Source of the DNA: a bacterium
GTDB lineage: Bacteria > UBA8248
Direction: 5' to 3'
DNA: 64,000 bases
NCBI GenBank assembly: GCA_965207065.1
Contig: OZ242260.1
Span: forward strand, 2,176,001 to 2,240,000
The notes below the pieces were generated by a model. The model did no database searches and was not told the DNA's origin. It saw only the letters and a program-made list of their open reading frames with translations. Positions 48,413 through 57,175 of the stretch are shown here, piece by piece (the first letter of the stretch is position 1; the number at the start of each line of letters is the position of its first letter). A program made the translations under genes and the position numbers.

Positions 48413-51079
48413 TTAAAGCGTCCGGGGAACGAAGCTCAAGCTCGTCAGCGAATGCTTGTGCGGAGACTCTCCTATCTTCTTCAACTTCCCCTTGCCCAGC
48501 TTGTAGCGGTAGCGGTTGGTCAGGGGGTCCGGCACCCGGTGAACCACCGAATTGGCCGGGTTCTCGGGAAAACCGAAATAGGCGAAGGTGACGCCCTCCC
48601 GAACCGCGTCGGTGACCATGGCCACGGCGGTGAAGCTCCCCTTGCTCTTCTTGATCCGCCCGGCCTTCATGAGCTCGGTGAAGGTCTGCTCCTTGCCGTC
48701 GACGCCGATGTATCCGCCCGTCTGCACGAGGAGGTCGTCGTTCTCGATGGCCACCAGGTCTCCTGATTCGATGCCCCGGGCGCCGGCGTCTTTGGGGTGT
48801 ATCTCCAGGAACTGCTGCGGCCAGCGCTGCATGATGTAGGGCCGACGCTTGTCGTCGTAGCCGGATTGCCAGAGCTCGTTGATCCGCCCGTTCGTCACCC
48901 ACAACTCGTCTCCCTGCGGGGTGACCCGCTCGTAGAAATCCTTGAAGTCCTCCCAGTAGCTCTTCAGCAAAACCGCCTTGCCGCTCTGGGTCCCGAAGGA
49001 GGTGAGCCACTTCCTGTGCATGGTGGGGCCTTCGGGGGTTCCCAGTTCGAGGGTCTCGTCGTGGAGCCGCTTCGTCCCGACGAGTTCGCCCTTGACCATG
49101 CGGATGGGGGTCTGGATGCCGCCGGTCCCGTATTCGCGGAGCAGTTCGTGGCCCCGTTTCCCCTCGCGCTTGGCCTTCACGACGAGCGGATGGTAGTTGA
49201 GCACCCCTTTTCTTCCGAAGCGGGCCGCCTCCTCGAATATCTGGTTGCTGTCCTTCCAGTCGAAGCCCTTGAAGCCCATCTTCCTCGCGAAAGCGGCGAT
49301 GATCCACCAGTCGGGCCGGGCCTCTCCGGGCGGGTCGGCGAATTTGCTGTAGAGCCTGAGGCGGCGCTCGCCGTTGCAGCGGGTGAAGTCTTCCTCGCCC
49401 CAGGTGGCGGCCGGAAGAATCAGATCCGAATACTCGGTTCCGATGGGAGCAACCGGGTAGATATCCTGGTGGGCCACGACCATGCCGCCGGCGTCCACTC
49501 GCCGCTTTAAGGCGTCCACCGCCGAATCGACGTCGAAGCTCTCGATCTGATGCGGGTTGCGGCGCGTCAATCGCTGGAAGACGTCCATCAGCTCCTGTGA
49601 CGCCGCCATGGCCTGGCACCAGGTGGTTCCGATGACCCATGCGAAGCGAACGTGGCCGTCCACGACCCAGCGGTCGAGGTCGATCTCCTTCTTGCGGCGC
49701 CCCGGCGCCTTCTCCGGAGATAAGGCCCTCGGGTAACCGGCCGCGCCCATCCAGCCCCGTTGGTGCCCACCGCCCCGGGAGATAACACGGCCCGGCCGCG
49801 ACCCGGCGCCGCAGACCAGCCCGAGGGCCGCGAACGAAGCCGTGTTCCCGAAACTGTTGCACCAGTAGTTTCCCTTCTCGAGCATGAACGAGGTCTTCTT
49901 GCGCGTTCCGTCGGGCTTGGGCTTGGCGAGGATTTCGGCTGTCTTTCGAATGTCCGCCGCCGGCACGCCCGTGATCTTCGCGGCTCGCTCCAGTTCGGCG
50001 TAGGGATAGCTCAGGATCCACTTCCTGTAGCCCTCGAAGTCGGTCCCGTACTTGCCCCAGGTCGTGACCCACTGCCACGGCGTGTTGCGGGTGCCGCGTC
50101 CCATGCCGGAGCCGATCTCCCACTTGTTCGACACCTTTCTCGCGATAAACTCCTTGTCCTCCCAGCCGTTCTCGAGGATCAGGCGGATGATGGCCAGTTG
50201 GAGAACCGTATCCGTTCCCGGAATCACGGGGAGGAAGAGGCCTCCCTGCTTCTCGCCGTAGGCCACGCCCGAGGTCTTGCGCGGAAGGGCGAAGACCAGC
50301 TTCTTGTTCGGCGTTTTTCCGCCCATGATCCACGAGGTGAATAGCACCGACTTGGTCTCCCACGGGTCGACGCCCGAGAAGAAAATAACCTCGGCCTCTC
50401 CCCAGTCGTCATAGGAGGCGCTGAAGGGATTGATGCCTGAAAAATCGATCCCCGGCGTATCCGGACCGGGACCCGGCTTGTCGTGCGGGGCATACGCCGG
50501 CGTTCCGATGGCTCGGAAGGCGAGTTTGGAGATGGCGTAGGTGTTTTCGAAATACTGATAGGAATACGTCTTCATGGCCCAGGCGTGTTCGCCGAACTTG
50601 TCGAGCACGTGTTTCGAGATTCCCGCCATGACGCCCATGGCCGTATCCCACGAGACCTCCTGCAAGGTTCCGCGAACGCGCATCATCGGCTGGCGCAGGC
50701 GGTCCTGCGAGGGTTCGTTGGGATTGTAGAGCTTCTTCGCCAGGACGCCGCCCCGGATGGAGTGGTTTCCCCCGACGTTCACGACCTTCGCATCCTTGTC
50801 CGGCATGACGATGACGTGGTGTGGGCGGCCGTTCACCATGATGATGTTGTGCATGTTCGGGCTGACCCAGCCGCCGCTCATGATGCCGGTGGGAAAATCG
50901 ACGCCCAGCGCGTTCTGGTTGGCCCTGGGCCCGCCCTCGCGCCCGATCGGCCAGCGGTAGACCTTGTACCCGCAGCCCACGATGCAGTAATCGCACGCCG
51001 TGGTGAAAACCTCCGCGTTTCGCGGGGGGAGGGGGACACTGTCTTCCGCAAGGTAGTAGTTCGTTACCTTTCCTGCCAT
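48413..51079 (-). CDS. idrA: AioA/IdrA-family molybdopterin oxidoreductase large subunit; iodate reductase IdrA-like
   Basis: [3Fe-4S] motif C29-X2-C32-X3-C36-X70-S107 (CDYCIVGC...NHSIRGG). Active-site segments HDKPGPGPD and RGGGHQRG differ from arsenite oxidase HNRPAYNSE and RxGGHQEG. No signal peptide. Adjacent to a Rieske gene and two peroxidase genes. Confidence 0.82.
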   Translation of the reverse strand: MAGKVTNYYLAEDSVPLPPRNAEVFTTACDYCIVGCGYKVYRWPIGREGGPRANQNALGVDFPTGIMSGGWVSPNMHNIIMVNGRPHHVIVMPDKDAKVVNVGGNHSIRGGVLAKKLYNPNEPSQDRLRQPMMRVRGTLQEVSWDTAMGVMAGISKHVLDKFGEHAWAMKTYSYQYFENTYAISKLAFRAIGTPAYAPHDKPGPGPDTPGIDFSGINPFSASYDDWGEAEVIFFSGVDPWETKSVLFTSWIMGGKTPNKKLVFALPRKTSGVAYGEKQGGLFLPVIPGTDTVLQLAIIRLILENGWEDKEFIARKVSNKWEIGSGMGRGTRNTPWQWVTTWGKYGTDFEGYRKWILSYPYAELERAAKITGVPAADIRKTAEILAKPKPDGTRKKTSFMLEKGNYWCNSFGNTASFAALGLVCGAGSRPGRVISRGGGHQRGWMGAAGYPRALSPEKAPGRRKKEIDLDRWVVDGHVRFAWVIGTTWCQAMAASQELMDVFQRLTRRNPHQIESFDVDSAVDALKRRVDAGGMVVAHQDIYPVAPIGTEYSDLILPAATWGEEDFTRCNGERRLRLYSKFADPPGEARPDWWIIAAFARKMGFKGFDWKDSNQIFEEAARFGRKGVLNYHPLVVKAKREGKRGHELLREYGTGGIQTPIRMVKGELVGTKRLHDETLELGTPEGPTMHRKWLTSFGTQSGKAVLLKSYWEDFKDFYERVTPQGDELWVTNGRINELWQSGYDDKRRPYIMQRWPQQFLEIHPKDAGARGIESGDLVAIENDDLLVQTGGYIGVDGKEQTFTELMKAGRIKKSKGSFTAVAMVTDAVREGVTFAYFGFPENPANSVVHRVPDPLTNRYRYKLGKGKLKKIGESPHKHSLTSLSFVPRTL

Positions 51080-51091
51080 GATGCGTCCTCC

Positions 51092-51634
51092 TCAGCGCTG
51101 TACCGGCGCAAGATTCGAGTGGTAACCGTATAGCAGCCCCATCATCCCGATCGCGTAGATGTCGTCCCCGCGGGTCTCCAGTACGACCTGGGGGAGGCTT
51201 TCCGTGGCCTGCCCGGCCCCGACCATCCCGTGCTTCATCAGGTCGAAGGTCGTCAGATGGAACGGGCACGGGCCAATGGCCTTGTGCTGCGCGTTGTATG
51301 TGCCCTGGAGGGGACCGCCCATGTGGGTGCACAGGGTGCTGAACGCCACGACGTCTCTCCTGGGGCCGACGCCGCCGCCTGCGGCGACGCCCAGCTTGAC
51401 CAGCATGCACCCCGAGAAGACGTCCTTCCACGGATACTGGAAGAACTGGGGGGTATCGACTTTGAGGGCGCTTAGCTTGCCGATTTTCCGGCGGGGATAC
51501 TCAGCCCTCTGCAGGGCCGCACCGGCCAGGCCGGGGATGCCCTCGACCAGCACGATGCTCATGGCGGTTCCGCCGGCCAGGAGAAAGGCGCGCCGCGAGA
51601 CGCAAGGCCGGGTTTCCTTGGCTTCCTGAGTCAT
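51092..51634 (-). CDS. idrB: AioB/IdrB-like Rieske small subunit, Tat-exported
   Basis: SRRAFL twin-arginine signal; CTHMG and CPFH ligands; GQATESLPQVVL and GLLYG as in the AioB family. Confidence 0.82.
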   Translation of the reverse strand: MTQEAKETRPCVSRRAFLLAGGTAMSIVLVEGIPGLAGAALQRAEYPRRKIGKLSALKVDTPQFFQYPWKDVFSGCMLVKLGVAAGGGVGPRRDVVAFSTLCTHMGGPLQGTYNAQHKAIGPCPFHLTTFDLMKHGMVGAGQATESLPQVVLETRGDDIYAIGMMGLLYGYHSNLAPVQR

Positions 51635-51644
51635 GGATTCCTCC

Positions 51645-52784
51645 TTACTGCATGGCCGCGTACGGCGGCAGTTCGGGGGGCTTCATGAGCAAAGGCTCAT
51701 CGCTCGATAACGATTCCAGGAAGGCGAGCAGGTCTTCCTTCTCCTCGTCAGAAAGCCCCAGTTTCTTGAGAAGCGGACTCTTGTTCGCGTCCTCTCCCCC
51801 TCCTTCGTCATAAAAGTCAATGACCTCATCCAACTCGAAAAACGCGCCGTTGTGCATATAGGGCGCCGTGTATTTCAGCTCCCTGAGGCTGGGGGTACGG
51901 AACCTCCCCGTATCAGCCTTGCGCTTGGTGGTGTAGTAGAGCCCCAGGTCCCGGTCCGCTTTCCGGTAGACGGATTCGGGAACGCCTCTGATCACGTGCT
52001 GGAAGCGAAGCGTTATCTGCCTCAAGGGGTCTTCCTCGAACGCGGGGTTCTTCGGCACGCCGACGTTGTGATAGTCCTCATCCGAGAGGAGAGGGCCGTT
52101 GTGGCACTGGACGCACCCCGCCTTTCCTTGAAAAAGAGCCAGCCCGCGCTCAGCGCTTTCCGAGAGCGCCTTCTTGTCCCCTTTCATGAAGCGGTCGAAC
52201 GGCACGTCCTTCGCATTCGAAACTATGGTGCGCTCGAAGGCCGAGATGGCCCGCCATGCGTCGTCGATGGTCGGCCAGGGGGATCCGAACACCGTACGGA
52301 AGCGCTTGACGTATTCGGGAATCTGGCGCAGGCGCTCCTCCATCATCATGGTGTCGCCGTTTCCGGCCACGTTGCCCGTGGCGGCGCTCTTGGCCTGGGC
52401 TTCGAGGCTCGGGACCTCGCCCGCCCAGAACAGTTTTGCGTAATAGGCGGAATTGAGGATCGTCTGGGAATTCCGCCAGTGCTGCGTGCCCGGGTAGCCC
52501 CGGCTCAGGTCCCCGCCGTCTCCCCAGCCGCTCTCGGGGCTGTGGCAGGAGGCGCACGACGTGCTGGCGTCCCCCGACAGGCGGGCGTCGAAAAAGAGCA
52601 GCTTGCCCAACGCCACCTTGGCGGGTGACATGGGATTGTCCGCAGGCACCGGAACAGGCGGCAAGGGCCCCAGCGGAGGGAATTTCCCCTTCTCGGCCGC
52701 GTCCGCTCCTCCCACCAGAAGGGCGGCGATGAAGCAGACGGCCATCGTGGAACCCAGGAAGCAGTTTTTCATTCGCGCGTTCAT
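51645..52784 (-). CDS. diheme cytochrome c peroxidase/MauG family (IdrP-like)
   Basis: Signal peptide, LG..LFFD.RLS, CASCH, CVQCH, FRTPSLR and TAPYMHNG. ATG 52784 follows GAGGAG. Confidence 0.9.
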   Translation of the reverse strand: MNARMKNCFLGSTMAVCFIAALLVGGADAAEKGKFPPLGPLPPVPVPADNPMSPAKVALGKLLFFDARLSGDASTSCASCHSPESGWGDGGDLSRGYPGTQHWRNSQTILNSAYYAKLFWAGEVPSLEAQAKSAATGNVAGNGDTMMMEERLRQIPEYVKRFRTVFGSPWPTIDDAWRAISAFERTIVSNAKDVPFDRFMKGDKKALSESAERGLALFQGKAGCVQCHNGPLLSDEDYHNVGVPKNPAFEEDPLRQITLRFQHVIRGVPESVYRKADRDLGLYYTTKRKADTGRFRTPSLRELKYTAPYMHNGAFFELDEVIDFYDEGGGEDANKSPLLKKLGLSDEEKEDLLAFLESLSSDEPLLMKPPELPPYAAMQ

Positions 52785-52794
52785 GGCCGTCTCC

Positions 52795-53901
52795 TCAATT
52801 ATCGCCGAGTTTGCGGAGTTCATAATCGGGAATTTTCGGTTCTTTCGCGGAAACCACCTCGCCCGAGAGGCTCTTCATGAATTCCACCAGCGCCTTTTGC
52901 TCACCCGCATCGAGTCCCAGCGGCTTGAGCCGCGGACTCTTGTTCGGGCCGCTCCCGCCGCCCTTGTTATAGAAGGCGACGACGTCCTCAAGCGCGGCGA
53001 GCGCGCCGTTGTGCATGTAGGGAGCCGTCCGGGCGACTTCGCGCAGGGTCGGCGTGCGGAACTTGCCCCGGTCGCGCTCCTCTTTCGTCACGACGTAGAG
53101 GCCCGGGTCGGCCCTCAGATTCATGAAGTTCGGGACGCCGATCACCTTGTTGAAGCGGCGGAACGTGATGTGGCGCAGCGGGTCCTTGAATATCTGTTCG
53201 TTTTCGGGAACGCCGAGCGCATGAAATCCGCCGTCGCTCAAAAGAGCGCCATTATGGCACCCGGCGCATCCGGCCTTCCCCCGGAAGAGGGCGAGACCCT
53301 TCTGCGCCTCGGCGGAAAGGGCCTTTTTGTCGCCCTTCAAGTAGTTGTCGAAAGGCACGTTCCTGGACGTGATGGTATGAAGGAACGCCGCGATGGCCTT
53401 GAGCGAGCCGCCGAAGGAAGGCTCCCCGCCATAGGCCTCCTTGAACATCTTGACGTAGGCGGGAACCTGCTTGAGCCGCTCGGGGAACAGACGGCCGTCC
53501 ACCAGCATGAAGTGGGCTTCCGTCAGGTGGTCCCGCACGAGGGTGGGCAGGTCGGCCCCGCTCAGGCGACCGTCCCAGAAAACGCGCTTGTTGTAGGCGG
53601 CGTTCAGGAGCGTCTGGGCGTTCCGGAAATACTTGCTGCCGGGATAGCCCGTAGAGAGGCTCTGCCCGTCGCCCCATCCCCTGGCGGGTTGATGGCAGGT
53701 GGCGCAGCTGATGCCTCCGTCCCCCGACATGCGGGGGTCGAAGAACAGATGCCGGCCCAGTTCGGTCTGCGCGGGCTTCTGGGCCCTGGGCGCCGGCAGG
53801 GGTTCGAGAGATGCCCCCCACCCCGCTGCAGGGAGCAAGACCCAGGCGCTCAGCAGGATTCCGCAGAGTATCCGGCGCCGGATGGCGCGAACTAAATCCA
53901 T
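52795..53901 (-). CDS. second diheme cytochrome c peroxidase/MauG family protein (IdrP-like)
   Basis: Signal peptide, CATCH, CAGCH, FWDGR, FRTPTLR and TAPYMHNG. Confidence 0.9.
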   Translation of the reverse strand: MDLVRAIRRRILCGILLSAWVLLPAAGWGASLEPLPAPRAQKPAQTELGRHLFFDPRMSGDGGISCATCHQPARGWGDGQSLSTGYPGSKYFRNAQTLLNAAYNKRVFWDGRLSGADLPTLVRDHLTEAHFMLVDGRLFPERLKQVPAYVKMFKEAYGGEPSFGGSLKAIAAFLHTITSRNVPFDNYLKGDKKALSAEAQKGLALFRGKAGCAGCHNGALLSDGGFHALGVPENEQIFKDPLRHITFRRFNKVIGVPNFMNLRADPGLYVVTKEERDRGKFRTPTLREVARTAPYMHNGALAALEDVVAFYNKGGGSGPNKSPRLKPLGLDAGEQKALVEFMKSLSGEVVSAKEPKIPDYELRKLGDN

Positions 53902-53973
53902 TCTTCCCTCCTCCCAAGCTGGCTGTTCTATCTCCTGTAAGACATCCGTCCCGTATATGCTGGAAATACGGCC

Positions 53974-54717
53974 TTATTTCGAAGAGAACGTGAAGGCGGC
54001 GGTCTTCTTCCCCCCGGCGGTTATGGTGATCTTCTTCTTCTTGACCCCCAGGGCCGGGTGCCACGCCCGCAGGGAATATTTCCCCGGAGGAACGTCGTTG
54101 ATCTCGAAGCTCCCGTCATCGTTCACGAGCGCGTAATAGGGATTCCTGGCCACGAAGAGAAAGCCCTTCATCCAGTTGTGCACGTCGCACTCGATACGGA
54201 CGATGGGGCTGCGCCGGACCTTCGCCCTGCGGACGACTTTCTTCCGCTGCTTGGGCTGGGAGATGTTCCACATGGAGCGTTTCGCCCGGCCGATGATCTC
54301 GTAGGTGTGGATGTTGTGGTGGGCGTCGTCGCTGTTCAGGATGGTGACCTTGCCCCCCTCGGCGACGACCTGGAGGTAGGGGACGTAGGCGCACTTCTTC
54401 TGGTCCACCACGGCGCTCTGGATTTTCTCGGGGTAAGCCTTGCCCTTCTTCACCTTGTCGAGATAGACGACAACGCCCCTGAGGGCGCCGTCCTTCGCGT
54501 CCACCTCCTGGCGGGTGACCTGGCCCTCCCCGCAGGCGTGCTGGTCCTTGGTGATGATGTATTTGACGGGCTTGGGAGGCTCGCCCTCGAAGCTCACCTT
54601 GCCGGTGACGGCGCCGCCGCCTGTGATAGATACGACTTTGTACTTCGCCAGGGAAGCGTCTGGAAAAAAGAGAAAAGGCAGGGACAAAACGAAAGGCAAG
54701 AAAAATTTACGAATCAT
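53974..54717 (-). CDS. secreted carboxypeptidase-regulatory-like / cupredoxin-like protein
   Basis: Signal peptide, NSD...HNIH, ECDVHNWM and G.F.I.DVPPG.Y.L.AWH. Confidence 0.75.
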   Translation of the reverse strand: MIRKFFLPFVLSLPFLFFPDASLAKYKVVSITGGGAVTGKVSFEGEPPKPVKYIITKDQHACGEGQVTRQEVDAKDGALRGVVVYLDKVKKGKAYPEKIQSAVVDQKKCAYVPYLQVVAEGGKVTILNSDDAHHNIHTYEIIGRAKRSMWNISQPKQRKKVVRRAKVRRSPIVRIECDVHNWMKGFLFVARNPYYALVNDDGSFEINDVPPGKYSLRAWHPALGVKKKKITITAGGKKTAAFTFSSK

Positions 54718-54953
54718 TGCGAAAGCTCCCCCACGAAGTCCTGCATTGGCTCACGGCAACCCTGTCATCTATGAATCCGAGTCGTAATCCATCCTCCTCA
54801 TCAGCGGAGTGTCGGCGCGGAACGCGAACTTCCTTGCGTTTCCGGTCCCGTCCGAACGTGTGAGAAGCGGTATCGACACCCCTGAAACGCTACGGATATC
54901 CGGTCCTGAATCCATGAGTGCCGCGCGCTCTTTATAAGCTTGTTCCTGTTTTC

Positions 54954-54984
54954 AATATAAGGACAACGCTCGAATGTTGCAACA
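54954..54984 (-). promoter_or_regulatory. candidate sigma70 promoter of the respiratory operon with an overlapping palindrome
   Basis: Minus-strand TTGCAA-N17-TATATT; the -35 sits inside the perfect palindrome TGTTGCAACA (54975-54984). Confidence 0.5.
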
Positions 54985-55159
54985 AAATGGAAGTCCGGTT
55001 TTTCCCCGATGGGCGGGGCGTTGCAAGGGCCGTTGCCAGGGTGGCGAACGCTCCCTCCTTCCCCGGGAGCGCCCCACACCTATATGTCTGACCTACACCA
55101 GCCTCGCGACCAAATCGATTTGCGGGATGAGGGTGTGAAAGAGACGAAAAGGCAAAATC

Positions 55160-55268
55160 AAAATGGATTCCGGCTTTCGCCGGTATGACGAGCAAAACCG
55201 CACCGCCTCTTGTAGTGACAGCCCCTCCACGGGGCTGTCCCACAGGTCGCGACCTGTGTCCCTACGGC
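55160..55268. repeat. CGTC-type plus GTAG-type repeat composite
   Basis: ATGGATTCCGGCTTTCGCCGG.ATGACGA.CAAAACCGCAC.GCCTC matches ~41259-41305; the following unit matches ~14851-14905. Confidence 0.85.
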
Positions 55269-55337
55269 ATTTTCAACCACCCCGAGGAGGGGGGTTGCCG
55301 CATATTCCCTCCCGGACAAGGTATGTTATTTCGCGGG

Positions 55338-56180
55338 CTACCCCTTCACCGCGCCGGCCGTCATGCCGGCGATGATCTGACGCGCCGAGAAGAAGGTGAA
55401 GATCAGCGGCGGGATGACGATGAGCGTGCCCATCGCCATGATGCGCCCCCATTCGGGGCCGGAGTCCGTGAGGAACAGGCTGGTGGCGACCGGCAGCGTG
55501 CGCGTGGTCCTGTCCGTCAGCAGCAGGGCCAGGATGAACTCGTTCCATGCGATCCGGAACACGAAGATGCCGGTGACGGCGTATCCCGCCTTCATCACCG
55601 GGAAGAGGACGCGGGTGAACACCTGCCAGGGCGTGGCCCCGTCCACGATGGCGGCTTCCTCGAGCTCGACCGGAACCTGCTTCACGAAGCCGTAGAGCAG
55701 CCAGATGGAGAAGGGCAGGTTGAGCGCCGTGTAGAAGAAGACGAGGCCCGAAAGCTGGTTCGCAATCCCCAGCACGATGGAGACTGCGAAGGCCGGGATC
55801 GCCAGCACCGCCGGCGGTATCATGCGGACGAGGAGCGCCCCGTTGGCGATGGACTGGCGGCCCGGGAACTGCATGCGGGCCAGCGCGTAGGCCGCCATGC
55901 CGCCGGTCGTCAGCGTGATCAGGGTTGTCGAAACGCCCACGATGACGGAATTCACCAGATACCGGTCGAAGTGCGCATCGCCGATGATGTCGGCGTAGTT
56001 CTGCAGGGTGGGGAAGAAGAAAAACCACACGGGATTCCCGTCGAAGATCAGCACCTCGTTCTTGAAGGAAGTGCTGATCATGATGTAGATGGGCGTCAGG
56101 CATATGATCGACAACAGGATGAGCCCCGCGTAGTGGAAGATCATTCTCGGTTTGGCCGGTTCGAAACGCATCGCCTTCAC
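55338..56180 (-). CDS. carbohydrate ABC transporter permease (MalG-like)
   Basis: EAA loop ELEEAAIVDGA, WNEF and six TM segments. Confidence 0.93.
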   Translation of the reverse strand: MKAMRFEPAKPRMIFHYAGLILLSIICLTPIYIMISTSFKNEVLIFDGNPVWFFFFPTLQNYADIIGDAHFDRYLVNSVIVGVSTTLITLTTGGMAAYALARMQFPGRQSIANGALLVRMIPPAVLAIPAFAVSIVLGIANQLSGLVFFYTALNLPFSIWLLYGFVKQVPVELEEAAIVDGATPWQVFTRVLFPVMKAGYAVTGIFVFRIAWNEFILALLLTDRTTRTLPVATSLFLTDSGPEWGRIMAMGTLIVIPPLIFTFFSARQIIAGMTAGAVKG

Positions 56181-56181
56181 C

Positions 56182-57093
56182 TCACACGTCGGCGCGGGTT
56201 TTCATGGGGTTGCTGACCAGCAGGATCGCCAGGCTGAGGGCGAAGACGATCAGCAGCAGGAGGACGGAGATGGCCGCCGCATAGCCGAGTTGCTGGGCGT
56301 CGAAAGCGGTCTTGTAGACGTGCAGCGAGAGCAGTTCCGTCGCCAGCCCCGGACCGCCTTCCGTCAGGATCAGCATGACCTCCAGCCCCTTGAAGACGTC
56401 GATGAGCCGGAGCAGGAGAGCGATGATCAGGATCGACTTGATCATCGGCAGCTTCACCAGGAAGATCTGCTGCCACGTATTCGCGCCGTCGATGCGCGAC
56501 GCTTCGAGCACCTCCGAAGGCAGCGCCTGAAGGCCTGCGATCACGATGATGAAGACGAACGGCGTCCACTGCCAGATGTCCGTGAACACGATGGCGAAAA
56601 ACGCGAGATGCGGCTCCCCCAGCCAGATCAGCGGCTCGAAGCCGGCGAGTTCCATGTAATGGTTGATCCAGCCCGCCCGGGCGTCGAACAGGTAGCGCCA
56701 TACCAACCCGACCACCACGGGCGAAATCATGAGCGGCATGATGAAGATCGTCCGGAAGATGGACGCACCTCGAATCGGTTTCTCCAGCAGCAGGGCCAGC
56801 GCGACCCCCAGCGTCATCTCGATGGTGATCGTGAAGAAGCCGAACTTGAACGTCACCCACATGGATTCCTGGACGTTCTCGTCGCGTAGCATGCGCAGAT
56901 AGTTGTCTGCGCCGATGAACTCCGCCGTCGACATCGGCGTGCCGACCCCCCAGTCCATCATACTGAGTATCAGCCCCTGGACGACCGGGTAGATGAGACC
57001 CGCGCCCATGAGCAGGACGGCGGGCGCGACGAACAGGTAACCGACGATCGACCGCCGCATGCCTGTCGCCACCGGAGGGGACGGGTCGCTCAT
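56182..57093 (-). CDS. carbohydrate ABC transporter permease (MalF-like)
   Basis: WQWTPF..AGLQALP.E..EASRIDGA. Confidence 0.93.
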   Translation of the reverse strand: MSDPSPPVATGMRRSIVGYLFVAPAVLLMGAGLIYPVVQGLILSMMDWGVGTPMSTAEFIGADNYLRMLRDENVQESMWVTFKFGFFTITIEMTLGVALALLLEKPIRGASIFRTIFIMPLMISPVVVGLVWRYLFDARAGWINHYMELAGFEPLIWLGEPHLAFFAIVFTDIWQWTPFVFIIVIAGLQALPSEVLEASRIDGANTWQQIFLVKLPMIKSILIIALLLRLIDVFKGLEVMLILTEGGPGLATELLSLHVYKTAFDAQQLGYAAAISVLLLLIVFALSLAILLVSNPMKTRADV

Positions 57094-57175
57094 GGTGAGC
57101 GTTCCGGGAACCGGCTGCCTGCGGGCGAAGCGCCTCCCCCGGCGGGGCCGGGGGAGGCGGGTTCAGGGGTTTCGG

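Noticed and set aside
48366-50363. 665-aa alternative-frame ORF
   Set aside because: Arg/Gly/Pro-rich out-of-frame translation overlapping the Mo enzyme gene.
48413-51634. Annotation as canonical arsenite oxidase aioBA
   Set aside because: Active-site segments differ from AioA, two peroxidases are adjacent, and no arsenic resistance or regulatory genes are present. Not fully excluded without a phylogeny.
51645-53901. MauG of methylamine dehydrogenase biogenesis
   Set aside because: No mauA/B/D/E genes in the window; the context fits IdrP.
55021-55039. Sigma54-like promoter TGGCAACGGCCCTTGCA upstream of the respiratory operon
   Set aside because: GG and GC are 11 nt apart; sigma54 promoters need exactly 10.
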